Assembly (NCBI GenBank): GCA_045046875.1
Contig: JASFYY010000030.1
Span: 1-64,000 of the forward strand
DNA length: 64,000 bases
Direction: 5' to 3'
From: Verrucomicrobiota bacterium
Lineage (GTDB): Bacteria; Verrucomicrobiota; Verrucomicrobiia; Verrucomicrobiales; DEV007
Shown: one piece after another, positions 10,503 through 21,133 of the stretch
How positions within the stretch are numbered: position 1 is the first letter of the stretch
Layout of the letters: every line of letters begins with the position of its first letter
Translations under genes and position numbers: made by a program
The notes under the pieces: model-generated
Database searches by the model: none
Told to the model about the DNA's origin: nothing
Seen by the model: the letters and a program-made list of their open reading frames with translations, nothing else

Positions 10503-12242
10503 ATGGCTAAAATTGCCAGTAACAACCCAGAACTATCGGAATTGATCTCAAGTCATTTCCGCATGTATCGTGAGAACTCCATTATTATGGGCCGTGTTCT
10601 CGAAATCAAAAACCAGTTTGTCACTATCGACATTGGTTACAAGTCCGAAGGGGTAGTGCCGCTATCCGAATTTGGAGATGAAGAATTTGCAGCAGGAGAC
10701 GACGTCGAAGTCCTGCTCGAGCGCCTCGAAAATGACGAGGGCATGGTGGTTCTTTCTAAAGAGAAAGCCGCACACAAGCAGAACTGGGACAAAATCGTCA
10801 AAGTTTACCACGACGGAGGCCTGGTCAAAGGCAAGGTCAAATCTGTGGTCAAAGGCGGCTTGATCGTCAATGTCGGAGTAGAGGCTTTCTTGCCTGGCTC
10901 ACAAATCGACATCATTCCTCCACGTGATCTGACGGAATACGTGGGTAATGTTTACGAGTTCAAGATCGTCAAAGTGAACGATGACCGCAAAAACGTGGTG
11001 CTGAGTCGCCGCGAGGTGATCGAAGCTGAGCGTGCTGAGCAGCGTGCTGAATTCCTCAAAACGGTCAAAACCGGCGACGAAGTCACGGGTCAGATCAAAA
11101 ACATCACCGATTTCGGTGCTTTTGTGGACTTGCAGGGCATGGACGGATTGTTGCATATCACCGATATGAGCTGGGGCCGTATCAATCACCCAAGCGAAAT
11201 GCTGGTGATTGGCCAATCAGTCGACGTATTGATTTTGGATGTGGATCGCGAGAAAGAGCGTGTGTCTTTGGGCATGAAGCAGCTTCAGTCCAATCCTTGG
11301 GAAAAGATCGAAGAAAAATTCCCAGTGGCCACCACGGTCAAAGGAAAGATCACCAAATTGCTTCCTTACGGAGCTTTTGTGGAAATCGAACAAGGCGTCG
11401 AAGGCCTTATCCACGTTTCCGAGCTGTCATGGACCAAACGTATCACTCGTCCGAGCGATGTGTTGGAACTCGATCAGGTAGTAGAAGCGGTGGTGCTGGC
11501 TATCAGCATCGACGAGCAGAAAATCTCACTCGGTGTGCGTCAATTGGAGCCAAATCCATGGGACGAAGTCGAAGCGCGTTACGCGATCGGCAGTACGATC
11601 AAAGGCGAGATCCGCAACCTCACTGCTTACGGTGCTTTTGTGGAATTGGAAGAAGGCATCGACGGAATGATTCACGTTTCCGACTTGAGCTGGACTCGCA
11701 AGATCAATCACCCGAGCGAAATCCTCAAAAAAGGTCAGGAAATCGAAGCTCAGGTTATCGATATCGACAAAACCAATCAACGCATCAGTCTTGGTATCAA
11801 GCAGCTTGATTCTGATCCATGGGAAGCCATCGACAGCCGCTTCAAGGTTGGCGATCTGGTCAAGGGAACGGTTGCGAAAATCGCCAGCTTCGGTGCTTTT
11901 GTGCAACTTCAGGACGACATCGACGGATTGGTACACATTTCGCAATTGAGCGAAAACCACGTCAGCAAGGTCAAGGATGTGCTCAACGTTGGCGACGACG
12001 TCGAAGCCCGCGTGATCAAAGTGGACAAAGTCGAGCGCCGGATAGGTCTCTCGGTGAAAGCCGCTGAATACAGTGAAGAAGAGCTTAAGAAAGAAACCGC
12101 TGCCTTTGACGCCCTGCGTCCGAGTGCTGACTTGGTTGGTCTGGAGCAAGCCTTCAACCTGGCTACTGAAGACTGGAGCCCAAGTGGTGACAGTGAAGAG
12201 CCGGCCGCTGAAAAAGAGGCTGAAGAAAAAGCCGAGGATTAA
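10503..12242 (+). CDS. rpsA: 30S ribosomal protein S1
   Basis: Six S1 repeats (e.g. FGAFVDL..DGLLHITDMSW); IDIGYKSEG. Confidence 0.97.
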   Translation: MAKIASNNPELSELISSHFRMYRENSIIMGRVLEIKNQFVTIDIGYKSEGVVPLSEFGDEEFAAGDDVEVLLERLENDEGMVVLSKEKAAHKQNWDKIVKVYHDGGLVKGKVKSVVKGGLIVNVGVEAFLPGSQIDIIPPRDLTEYVGNVYEFKIVKVNDDRKNVVLSRREVIEAERAEQRAEFLKTVKTGDEVTGQIKNITDFGAFVDLQGMDGLLHITDMSWGRINHPSEMLVIGQSVDVLILDVDREKERVSLGMKQLQSNPWEKIEEKFPVATTVKGKITKLLPYGAFVEIEQGVEGLIHVSELSWTKRITRPSDVLELDQVVEAVVLAISIDEQKISLGVRQLEPNPWDEVEARYAIGSTIKGEIRNLTAYGAFVELEEGIDGMIHVSDLSWTRKINHPSEILKKGQEIEAQVIDIDKTNQRISLGIKQLDSDPWEAIDSRFKVGDLVKGTVAKIASFGAFVQLQDDIDGLVHISQLSENHVSKVKDVLNVGDDVEARVIKVDKVERRIGLSVKAAEYSEEELKKETAAFDALRPSADLVGLEQAFNLATEDWSPSGDSEEPAAEKEAEEKAED

Positions 12243-12270
12243 TTTCCTCGACAAAGACATTTACCCCAAC

Positions 12271-12301
12271 CTGCTTCTTTCCTGTCACGGGAAAGAAGTA
12301 G
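12271..12301 (+). terminator. Hairpin downstream of rpsA (possible terminator or stabiliser)
   Basis: CTGCTTCTTTCCTG-TCA-CGGGAAAGAAGTAG; no clear U tract. Confidence 0.45.
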
Positions 12302-12416
12302 GAGAAAAGGGGACTGAATGCGTTGACCTATCTCCCTTTTCGGGAGATATTTCATGTACTGCTGTGGGGGTTTGTTTGTTTTACAGATCCCCTTAAAATC
12401 TAATTATCTAAATATT

Positions 12417-12782
12417 ATGTCTGAAGAAAAATTGAATGTTGTTGCTTACTTGAAAACCCAGTGTGGATGGAGTGGCGGAGTGCGGGCGATCCTGGCCAAA
12501 TATAATCTGGAATACACTGAAAAGGATATCATCCAGAATCCTGCTTTCCGCTGGGAGATGGAACAGAAGAGCGGTCAACCCCTGTCTCCCTGTGTGGAAG
12601 TCAATGGAGTGATGCTGCCGGATGTCAGCGGGGAAGAGATCGAAAATTATCTGATCGAAAACCGCCTGGTCAACCAAGATGCGAGTGAGGTCGATGTGTC
12701 GATCAATTCATCCTGCACCGACGCTCAGCACGCACAGATGGAAAGAGATGCGGCGGCTGGGGGTGGAATCAGTTTCACCTAA
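12417..12782 (+). CDS. Monothiol glutaredoxin-like protein
   Basis: CGWS active-site motif; start moved to ATG 12417 (MSEEK). Confidence 0.8.
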   Translation: MSEEKLNVVAYLKTQCGWSGGVRAILAKYNLEYTEKDIIQNPAFRWEMEQKSGQPLSPCVEVNGVMLPDVSGEEIENYLIENRLVNQDASEVDVSINSSCTDAQHAQMERDAAAGGGISFT

Positions 12783-12816
12783 TTTTGAGAAACTGTCTAT
12801 TAGTGACAATTTTTAA

Positions 12817-13908
12817 ATGAATCCATCAAATAAAGCAAATCCGTGGCTGGAGAATCTGGTCGCTTATGATCCAGGGAAGCCCATTGAAGAAACAGCTAGA
12901 GAGCTGGGGTTGGAACCCGGGGATATCATCAAACTCGCTTCGAATGAAAACCCGCTAGGGCCTTCGCCCAAGGCGGTCGAAGCGATGAAACTGGCGCTGG
13001 AAAAGGCGCATCTCTATCCGGACGGCGGGGGTTATGCCCTGCGCACAGCGATTGCTGAAAAGTTTGATTTGCAACGGGAGAATGTGATTCTCGGCAACGG
13101 CTCGAACGAGATCATCGAGTTGGTGGGGCATGGTTTTTTGCAACCGGGAGACGATATCATTGCCGCTGAGCACGCTTTTGTGGTCTATAAATTGATGGCG
13201 ACCTTGTTCGGAGCCAATACCATCGAGGTGCCCGATCCCGGATTTGTGCATGATCTGGATGCGATGGCGGCAGCGATCACTCCTAAGACGCGGGAGTTGT
13301 TCATCGCCAATCCTAATAACCCAACAGGCACTCTGGTGGACGAAAAAACGATTGACCGTTTCATGGATAAAGTTCCAGAGCATGTGATTGTCATTTTTGA
13401 CGAAGCTTATTATGAGTTTTTGAGCGAGGCTCCCGATACTCTAAAATATGTAAGAGAGGGGCGTAACGTCATTGTTATGCGAACTTTCTCTAAGATTCAG
13501 GGGCTGGCCAGTTTGCGTATTGGTTATGGTTTGGGGCCTACCCATTTGTTGGGAGTCTTGCAAAAATGTCGCCAGCCTTTTAATGCCAACGCTATTGCCC
13601 AGGCCGGGGCTTTGGCGGGTTTGTTGGATGATGAACACCAGCAAAAGACCAAGTCGATGACGGACGAAGGTCGGGATTATTTGGAGAAATCGTTTGGCGA
13701 TATGGGATTGGAGTATGTGCCGAGTGAAGCTAATTTCGTTCTAGTTAAAGTGGGTGATGGTGATGCGGTGTTTCAGGCGATGTTACAAAAGGGCTTGATT
13801 GTGCGGGCGATGCGCAGCTACAAACTGCCGGATTGGATCCGTATTTCTGTCGGCACGATGGAACAGAATCGACGCTGTATCGAAGTGCTGGGTGAAGTTC
13901 TAGCATAA
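12817..13908 (+). CDS. hisC: Histidinol-phosphate aminotransferase
   Basis: KLASNENPLG, NPNNPTG, DEAY, RTFSK..GLA..RIGY. Confidence 0.92.
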   Translation: MNPSNKANPWLENLVAYDPGKPIEETARELGLEPGDIIKLASNENPLGPSPKAVEAMKLALEKAHLYPDGGGYALRTAIAEKFDLQRENVILGNGSNEIIELVGHGFLQPGDDIIAAEHAFVVYKLMATLFGANTIEVPDPGFVHDLDAMAAAITPKTRELFIANPNNPTGTLVDEKTIDRFMDKVPEHVIVIFDEAYYEFLSEAPDTLKYVREGRNVIVMRTFSKIQGLASLRIGYGLGPTHLLGVLQKCRQPFNANAIAQAGALAGLLDDEHQQKTKSMTDEGRDYLEKSFGDMGLEYVPSEANFVLVKVGDGDAVFQAMLQKGLIVRAMRSYKLPDWIRISVGTMEQNRRCIEVLGEVLA

Positions 13909-13926
13909 CTATAAGCATAACTTCTT

Positions 13927-15321
13927 ATGGATGACTCCATAGTAGCCCAAGGAGGGACAGACGATGTGATTGCCGCTATCGCTACGCCAGTGGGACAGGG
14001 GGCTATTTCCCTGATCCGGCTTAGCGGGATGGGGGCTTTGGATGTGCTGTCGCAGGTATTTACCCCTACGGGTAAAAGGGGGAAGCAAAAAAGGGAGCTG
14101 GAGGATCGTAAGGCGGTGTTGGGGCACTTGCATGATTTACGGGCAGAAAAAATCGATGAAGTCTTGGTCACGGTGTTTAGAGGGCCTCGCAGTTACACCG
14201 GGGAGGATGTGGCAGAGATCAGTTGTCATGGCGGCATTTTAGTGACGCGTAAAGTCCTCGAAGCCTTATTGGAAGCGGGTGCTCGAGCAGCGGGGCCGGG
14301 GGAATTCAGCCAGCGGGCTTTCCTTAATGGTAAGATGGACTTGACCCAGGCCGAAGCGGTGATGGATTTGATTTCTGCGCAGACCGACCTTGCGCTGAAA
14401 GCGGCAGGGGAACAATTGGCAGGGCGTTTGGGAGAGCAGTTGATGGAACTACGGGCAGAGCTGTTGTCTTTGGTGGCGCAGGTCGAGGCCTATATTGATT
14501 TTCCCGATGAGGACATTGATCCTGAAACCGGAAATTTGATGGTGAAGCGTATCTCTACTAGCAAACAAACCGTGCTGGCTTTGTTGGCGACGGCAGATCA
14601 GGGGAGAATTCTTCGAGAGGGTGCAAGGGTGGTGATCTATGGGGCGCCGAATGTGGGCAAGTCGAGTTTGTTGAATCTGCTGTTGGGCTTCGATCGGGCT
14701 ATAGTCAGTGATGTGGCCGGTACAACGAGGGACACTTTGGAGGAGGTTATTAATTTGCGTGGTATTCCGCTGCGCTTGATCGATACCGCAGGAGTGCACC
14801 GATCGTCGGATGAAATCGAAAAACAAGGGATTGAGCGAACCAAACAACAGGTAGAGAATGCCGATTTGGTGCTACAGGTGGTGAATGGTAGTGAAGCTCG
14901 GCCGGAAGTGGCTTTAGCGGGGGAAGTGGGGAATGGTCGTCATCTGCTGATATTAAATAAAGCGGATCTTGTTATTCATCCTGATTGGCAAGCACTCAAA
15001 GGGGTGAGAATATCCTGCACGGAAAACCAAGGGATTGACGATCTGGAAAACGCCATAGTTGAGGTATTGGAAGCGGACGGCGAAGCGTGGGGTAACAATC
15101 TGGTGGCGATCAACGCCCGCCATAAGGATTGCCTCAAACGGGCCAAGGTGGACTTGCAGGCCGCTGAAGAGGGCCTCAGACAAAGTGGAGGAACGCTTAT
15201 GCCGGAAATCACCGCAATGGATTTGCGCTCAGCTTTGGATCATGTTGGTGAAATTGTGGGGCAGGTGGATGCCGAGGAAGTGCTGGGTGAAATATTTTCC
15301 AGTTTCTGCATTGGGAAATAG
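13927..15321 (+). CDS. mnmE: tRNA modification GTPase MnmE
   Basis: SYTGED, GAPNVGKSS, GTTRD, DTAG, NKAD, C-terminal FCIGK. Confidence 0.96.
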   Translation: MDDSIVAQGGTDDVIAAIATPVGQGAISLIRLSGMGALDVLSQVFTPTGKRGKQKRELEDRKAVLGHLHDLRAEKIDEVLVTVFRGPRSYTGEDVAEISCHGGILVTRKVLEALLEAGARAAGPGEFSQRAFLNGKMDLTQAEAVMDLISAQTDLALKAAGEQLAGRLGEQLMELRAELLSLVAQVEAYIDFPDEDIDPETGNLMVKRISTSKQTVLALLATADQGRILREGARVVIYGAPNVGKSSLLNLLLGFDRAIVSDVAGTTRDTLEEVINLRGIPLRLIDTAGVHRSSDEIEKQGIERTKQQVENADLVLQVVNGSEARPEVALAGEVGNGRHLLILNKADLVIHPDWQALKGVRISCTENQGIDDLENAIVEVLEADGEAWGNNLVAINARHKDCLKRAKVDLQAAEEGLRQSGGTLMPEITAMDLRSALDHVGEIVGQVDAEEVLGEIFSSFCIGK

Positions 15322-15386
15322 GGGAAGGATTCAGGAGCGAGAATTCAGGATTTAGTAGAATTTATGCCGCAGCTTTATTTTTAGAT

Positions 15387-16520
15387 ATGCCTGAACCCTT
15401 TAAAAATCTATTCAGCCGGAAGGTGATTGACCACATGGGGGAGCATTTTTTGCGTGTGGATAAGAAATTTCCCCGCAAACGTTTTGTGAAGCTTGCTAGT
15501 GAAGGTTTGGAGGAATTGGAGTTAAAACAACGCTCCGAGCAGATCATGCAAGCGATGATCATTTGTCTTCCCGACGATTTTGCCGAAGCGGGCAGGATTA
15601 TGATGGAGGCTTTGGCTCCCGAAAATTATATCAGAATAAAACAAGAGAGCATTTGTGCTGAGGGGATCTCTGGTTGGGCCATTATGCCGATGACTCACTA
15701 TGTGGGTTTGCAGGGGCAGCAGCATTTTGATCAGGCGATGGAGCTGATGAAAGAAATGACCAAACGTTTCACCTCGGAATTTGGCATCCGTTTTCTCATC
15801 ATAGCTGAAACCAACCGCTCTCTGGTTTTGTTCAAGAAGTGGGTGGAAGATCCCAATGAACATGTGCGCCGTTTGGTGTCCGAAGGCACCCGTCCCAGGT
15901 TGCCATGGGCGATGCAATTAACCGAATTTGTGGCCGATCCGGCACCTTGTTTGCCTCTGCTCGAAGCACTCAAGGATGACGAGTCCGAATACGTGCGCCG
16001 GTCAGTAGCTAATCACCTCAACGATATAGCTAAGGATCACCCCGATTTGGTAGCTGCGATAGCACAGCAATGGCTGGAAGGCGAAGTTTCTAACGATCGG
16101 CGGCGTTTGGTGTGTCACGCTTGTCGTTCGTTGATCAAGCAGGGGCACCGGCCAACACTCAAGGCTCTGGGCTATAAAAATGCCAAGGTTCGTGTGGACC
16201 GTTTGCTCATCACCAAACCCGTGGTGAAGCTGGGAGGTTATCTTGAATTTGAACTATCCCTGATATCAACGTTAAAAAAAGACCAGCCTCTGATCATTGA
16301 TTATGCGGTGCATCACCAGAAGGCGAACGGTAAATTAACAGCGAAGGTATTTAAATGGAAAAAACTGATACTGGCTGGTGAAGACTCGTTTATAGCAAAT
16401 CGGCGCCATTCTATGCGGGTAATTTCCACTCGTAAATATTACCCGGGACTTCACCGCCTTGAGATTCTGGTTAATGGGCAATCCGTAGCTCTGAGTGATT
16501 TTGAGCTGAAAGTTTCCTAG
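15387..16520 (+). CDS. DNA alkylation repair protein (HEAT-repeat family)
   Basis: HVRRLVSEGTRPRLPW, YVRRSVANHLNDIAKDHP, TRKYYPG. Confidence 0.8.
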   Translation: MPEPFKNLFSRKVIDHMGEHFLRVDKKFPRKRFVKLASEGLEELELKQRSEQIMQAMIICLPDDFAEAGRIMMEALAPENYIRIKQESICAEGISGWAIMPMTHYVGLQGQQHFDQAMELMKEMTKRFTSEFGIRFLIIAETNRSLVLFKKWVEDPNEHVRRLVSEGTRPRLPWAMQLTEFVADPAPCLPLLEALKDDESEYVRRSVANHLNDIAKDHPDLVAAIAQQWLEGEVSNDRRRLVCHACRSLIKQGHRPTLKALGYKNAKVRVDRLLITKPVVKLGGYLEFELSLISTLKKDQPLIIDYAVHHQKANGKLTAKVFKWKKLILAGEDSFIANRRHSMRVISTRKYYPGLHRLEILVNGQSVALSDFELKVS

Positions 16521-16598
16521 TGCCGCGATCCTAGTATTTTATTCTCAGCTGGCTTGACGGAATCGCACTAATTGTCTAAAAGAATAGCCTTTAATCCT

Positions 16599-17408
16599 AT
16601 GAATATATATTTAGCCGAATTGCTGGGAACGATGATTTTGATCCTTTTTGGAGGTGGCACGAATGCCGCAGCCTCTCTAAAGGGGACTTACTCCAATGGT
16701 GGGGGATGGTTGATGATTTCAGCCGGCTGGGGTTTGGCTGTGGCGATGGCCGTTTATATGGTTGGTTCTTTTAGCGGAGCACACATTAACCCTGCCGTTA
16801 CTCTTGGCCTGGCTGCCGCAGGTGAGTTTGAGTGGGATAAGGTTCCTGGTTATATTGCCGCGCAAATGATCGGCGCTTTCCTCGGAGCGGTGTTGGTATT
16901 TTTCCAATACCTGCCTCATTGGAAAAAAACCGATGACCCTGGAACCAAACTGGGGGTATTTTCAACCGGACCGGCTATTTCGAACACTTCGGCTAATGTG
17001 GTGAGTGAAATGATCGGAACCTTCATCCTGGTTCTGGGGCTGATGGCTCTAGGAGTGAACGAGTTCACCGAGGGTTTGAAACCATTGATTGTTGGACTTC
17101 TGATCGTAGTGATTGGCATTGCCCTGGGTGGCACAACAGGATACGCGATCAACCCTGCGCGGGATCTCGGACCTCGTCTGGCTCATGCTATATTACCTAT
17201 TCACGGCAAAGGATCTTCCAATTGGGCCTACGCCTGGATTCCGGTGGTCGCACCTATCCTGGGTGGAGTGTATGCCGCGCTGTTTTATCAAGCCATCTTT
17301 GTTGGCCAGATGGGAGTGGTGTTTTACTCGATGAGCATCGTAGTCGCGGGAGTGTTTGCCTGGGGTTTGCTTGAGCGAGATTTATCAGTCGACTTGGAAA
17401 ATGAGTGA
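16599..17408 (+). CDS. glpF: MIP-family aquaglyceroporin
   Basis: SGAHINPAVT and GYAINPARD (NPA boxes, glycerol-channel D). Confidence 0.88.
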   Translation: MNIYLAELLGTMILILFGGGTNAAASLKGTYSNGGGWLMISAGWGLAVAMAVYMVGSFSGAHINPAVTLGLAAAGEFEWDKVPGYIAAQMIGAFLGAVLVFFQYLPHWKKTDDPGTKLGVFSTGPAISNTSANVVSEMIGTFILVLGLMALGVNEFTEGLKPLIVGLLIVVIGIALGGTTGYAINPARDLGPRLAHAILPIHGKGSSNWAYAWIPVVAPILGGVYAALFYQAIFVGQMGVVFYSMSIVVAGVFAWGLLERDLSVDLENE

Positions 17409-17426
17409 CGGATAAAACCCGGCACC

Positions 17427-17765
17427 TCACTCACTGATCCACAGTTTGGCATCTTCCAATTCCGCAATAGGGAATACCCGGATTTCGCAAGGGATCAAAA
17501 AAGAAAAAGATTTGATCTTGGAGGCTACTGCCGCGCTATCCGTGACCAAAGTGATCCTCTCAAATTGGGCGAACTCCTTGAGACCCACCTTGCTGTTGTC
17601 ACTCGGTTCCGAGTCCATCTGATAGAGCAGGCGGATTTTTTCATGTTTTTGCTGCGCTTGTTCTACCGCAGGCACAAAAATATTCTCGAAGTCATCAACA
17701 TTATCTTCACCTGATTTACGTAGGGCTACAATATGGTCTGGCAGATTTGGAATGATTTCAATCAT
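17427..17765 (-). CDS. SpoIIAA-like (STAS/SEC14) protein
   Basis: KIRLLY, ITLVTD, EIRVFP..ELEDAKLWI pattern. Confidence 0.7.
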   Translation of the reverse strand: MIEIIPNLPDHIVALRKSGEDNVDDFENIFVPAVEQAQQKHEKIRLLYQMDSEPSDNSKVGLKEFAQFERITLVTDSAAVASKIKSFSFLIPCEIRVFPIAELEDAKLWISE

Positions 17766-17939
17766 AGGGAAAATAAACGGTATATCCTAAAATGGGGTCA
17801 GGCAACAATTCTTGACAAATGACCTGATTTTATTCTGCGGCCTTAAGGACGGGCGCAGGTAGTATCGAATGATTTGCCTTTGATGAAGATCGGATATTCC
17901 GAGGTTGACCGGAGTGATATGGACGGGGAGAGTTAAACC

Positions 17940-18634
17940 ATGAAAGTGCGATTTATAAAAATGTTAATGCTGGGTTTTTTATTCACAGGAATAATGGTTG
18001 TCTGCGCTGAGTCTAAAGATACAGCCATTTTTGATGGGACAAGCTTAAAAGGTTGGAAAGCTCCGGACATGAGTTTCTGGTCAGTAAGAGATGGCACGAT
18101 CACAGCGGAATCCACGGAGGAAAAACCGTGCAAAGAAAATCAGTTTCTGGTTTGGCATGAAGAGGTGGGCGATTTTGAGTTGACCTTGAAATTCAAACTG
18201 GTGGGAGGCCCCCAAGCAAACTCCGGAGTTCAGGTAAGAAGCCTGGTGCAATCCGATGGCCACGTAAAAGGCTACCAATGTGACATCAGCCAACCCGATG
18301 TTCAGTATCTTGGAGCGGTTTATGATGAAAGAGGGCGCAAGATGTTAGCTCTGCGGGGAAAAAAACGGTGATCCAAGCTGATGGCAAAAAAGTATCCACG
18401 CCATTAGCGGAAGCTGAATCTATTTTGGCCGACTACAAAGCAGGGCAGTGGAATGAATACAAAATCACTTTTAAAGGTGATACGCTGACCGTTCAAATCA
18501 ATGGTAAGACCAGCTCGATCGTGATCGATCAGCAAGAGAGTGAGCGTGAAATGAAAGGTGTGCTGGCCTTGCAAATGCACTCAGGACCTCCGATGAAGGT
18601 GCAGTTTAAAGATTTGAACTTGAAAAAACTTTAA
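17940..18634 (+). pseudogene. DUF1080 (3-keto-glycoside hydrolase/hydratase family) gene split by a frameshift at a G4A7 run
   Basis: N-half (FDGTSLKGW, DFEL, NSGVQVRS, GYQCD) ends at 18371; C-half (WNEYKI, INGK, GVLALQMH, VQFKDL) is in the -1 frame; one extra A at 18359-18365 restores the frame. Confidence 0.8.
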
Positions 18635-18692
18635 CCTCGGTAAAGTCATCAAAAATATTTCTTCCAATCGAAAGAACGGTTTCCTGATAAAT

Positions 18693-18726
18693 AAAAAAGC
18701 CTGTCAGATAACTGACAGGCTTTTTT
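18693..18726. terminator. Bidirectional rho-independent terminator
   Basis: AAAAAAGCCTGTCAG-ATAA-CTGACAGGCTTTTTT between convergent genes. Confidence 0.9.
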
Positions 18727-18749
18727 CACATCTTGAAACTTAAAGTCTT

Positions 18750-19076
18750 TTATTTGGCTTTTTTGTCTCCCTTGCCTTTCCCTTTCATGCTGGAAAGTTC
18801 GCTTTTATCGAGTTGGCCGTCTTTGTTTTTGTCGAAGCGGGTGAAAAACTTCCCTACCGCTTCAGCACCGCGTTTTTCGGTCATTTTTTTGCCCATTTTG
18901 GAGTTGGTTAGCTCTTCCTTGGAAACCGTTCCATTACCGTCTTTGTCGGCACCTTTGATGATCATTTCTGCACGTTTGGCAGGATCAGCAGGCTTCTTGG
19001 CTTTTTTATCTCCTTCAGCGGCAAAAGCAAGTCCGGTGAGCGAAGTGATAGCGATGATAAGTAGTTTTGATTTCAT
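18750..19076 (-). CDS. Secreted EF-hand protein
   Basis: Signal peptide; DKDGNGTVSKEE and DKNKDGQLDKSE loops. Confidence 0.8.
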   Translation of the reverse strand: MKSKLLIIAITSLTGLAFAAEGDKKAKKPADPAKRAEMIIKGADKDGNGTVSKEELTNSKMGKKMTEKRGAEAVGKFFTRFDKNKDGQLDKSELSSMKGKGKGDKKAK

Positions 19077-19144
19077 ATTTTCAGTAGGTCAATTTGATTA
19101 ACTGAGTATACAACAAGATAGATGGGAAAAAGTTCCTCAAAAAA

Positions 19145-21010
19145 TCACTTTTTTTCTGCTAACGCTGATTTCATCAAATCGAAGCCGCGGTTGATCAAGG
19201 ATGTGCGGTCATCGAGTAAGCCAGATGCCAACAGGGAAGTGTCCAGCACTTGAGCAGCTACCAACTTGGCCAGCTCAGGGTTGGATTCCTGAGCCTTGGA
19301 TAACTGATGAATCAGTTCATGACGAGGGTTGATCTGTAGATTGACCTTCACTGGCGGTGCGGGCTCATCAGGATTGAGAGCCTGCATCATGCGACGCATC
19401 TGAGCGCTCATTTGATCGCCGGGATCAAAGGTCGCTGCCGGACTGTCGATCAAGCGGTCGCTGGCTTCGACTTTCTCAACTTGTTCGCCAAGTTCCTCTG
19501 TGATGAATTTGCACAGTGACTCCAGCGCTTCATCGCCAAGACGTTCACCTTTTTCTTCCAGTTCACTGTCGTCCAGTTCGATGTCGGCGCGGTCGGCGGA
19601 GATCAAATCCTTGTCCTTGTATTTAGCCAGTCGACTGACCACGTAGTCGTCGATAGGTTCGAGGAAGTAGATCACTTCAATGCCCCGGGATTTGAACGCT
19701 TCCAAATAAGGGCCGGCCTCGATGGCTTTGCGATCATCGGCGATCAGGTAGTAGATCTGTTTTTGATCGTCTTTGGCCCGGTCGAGGTATTGCTCGAAGG
19801 AAGTCAGCTCACCGTTTTCTGTCATCGATGATTGAAACCGCAACAGTTCAGCCAAGCCTTCCTGATGGTCGGGATCGGAGGCGACTCCCTCTTTGAGGAA
19901 ACGATTGAATTTTTTGTAGAACTCAATGTAGCTGTCCGGCGAGGATTTGGCCTCTTTGCCAAGAAACTTCAGAAAACGACGGGTCACCACTCGATTGAGT
20001 TTCTGGATCAGGGCGCTGTCCTGCATCGATTCGCGGGAAATATTGAGTGGCAGATCACTGCTGTCGATCACGCCTTTGAGGAAGCGCAGCCAATCGGGTA
20101 ATAACCCTTTGGGTTTGTCATCGATCAGCACGTTTTTGCAATAAAGGGAAACGCCGGGTTCCATCTGGCCCATGCCCCAAAGTTCCTGATTCTCTGAAGG
20201 GGTGAAAAGCAGTGCATTAATTTCGATCGGAGCATCCGCACTGAAGTGCATGCGATAACGAGGTTCGTCAAAAGCACCTGCTGTGAAATGGTAAAACTCC
20301 TTATATTCTTCGTCGCTGATTTCCGATTTGTTTTTCCTCCACAGGGCTTCGACTTTATTGATGCGTTCACCATCAAGTTGAATAGGAAAGGGGACAAAGT
20401 TCGAATAGGTTTCGAGCACCTTTTGCACCGTCGCTTTTTTGCTGAAGTCTTTTTGATCGTCACGCAAGTGGATGACGATACGTGTGCCACGGTCTTGATC
20501 TTCGACCTGCTCGATGGTGTAGCCGGTTTTGCCGTCACTTTTCCAGCATAGGGACTCGCCGTCATTTTTCCATGAACGGGAGAAAACTTCGACATCGTCG
20601 GAAACCATGAAAGAGCTGTAAAATCCAACCCCAAACTGACCGATCAGGTTGGATTCCTTTTGACCTGATTCGGATAGAGACTGAAGGAATTTTTTGGAAC
20701 CTGAATGAGCGATGGTGCCAAGATTTTCAATCAACTCTTCACGGGTCATTCCCAGTCCGGAATCTGCGATCGTGATGGTGCCCGCTTCTTCGTCGAGGGC
20801 GATCTTGATTTCGAGTTCTTTGTCGGCTTCAAAAATATCACTTTTTTTCAACTGGAGGTGGTGCAGTTTTTCGAGCGCATCCGCGGCATTGGAGACCAGC
20901 TCACGAATAAAAATCTCTTTATCGGTGTAAAGAGAGTGGATCACGATGTCCAAAAGTTGTTGAACTTCAGCTTGGAATGTTTGTTTTTCGGATTGGGCCT
21001 CTTTTGTCAT
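19145..21010 (-). CDS. htpG: Chaperone HtpG (Hsp90)
   Basis: FIRELVSNAADA, LGTIAHSG, IGQFGVGFYS, LPLNISRE; start moved to MTKEAQ. Confidence 0.96.
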   Translation of the reverse strand: MTKEAQSEKQTFQAEVQQLLDIVIHSLYTDKEIFIRELVSNAADALEKLHHLQLKKSDIFEADKELEIKIALDEEAGTITIADSGLGMTREELIENLGTIAHSGSKKFLQSLSESGQKESNLIGQFGVGFYSSFMVSDDVEVFSRSWKNDGESLCWKSDGKTGYTIEQVEDQDRGTRIVIHLRDDQKDFSKKATVQKVLETYSNFVPFPIQLDGERINKVEALWRKNKSEISDEEYKEFYHFTAGAFDEPRYRMHFSADAPIEINALLFTPSENQELWGMGQMEPGVSLYCKNVLIDDKPKGLLPDWLRFLKGVIDSSDLPLNISRESMQDSALIQKLNRVVTRRFLKFLGKEAKSSPDSYIEFYKKFNRFLKEGVASDPDHQEGLAELLRFQSSMTENGELTSFEQYLDRAKDDQKQIYYLIADDRKAIEAGPYLEAFKSRGIEVIYFLEPIDDYVVSRLAKYKDKDLISADRADIELDDSELEEKGERLGDEALESLCKFITEELGEQVEKVEASDRLIDSPAATFDPGDQMSAQMRRMMQALNPDEPAPPVKVNLQINPRHELIHQLSKAQESNPELAKLVAAQVLDTSLLASGLLDDRTSLINRGFDLMKSALAEKK

Positions 21011-21133
21011 GGCTTGGTAGATAGCGAGTAAGGGCCTTTTGTCAAGCGCTGGAGAGTAGTAAATGGTTGTAGGATTGCGTGAAAGTAGCCTTTTTGAGGT
21101 TGCCAATGGGCAGAGTCGGGGTGAAAAAGAGGT

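Noticed and set aside
10899..12260. Long antisense ORFs over rpsA (similarly over floA, htpG and the oxidoreductases)
   Set aside because: Shadow ORFs caused by codon bias of the real genes.
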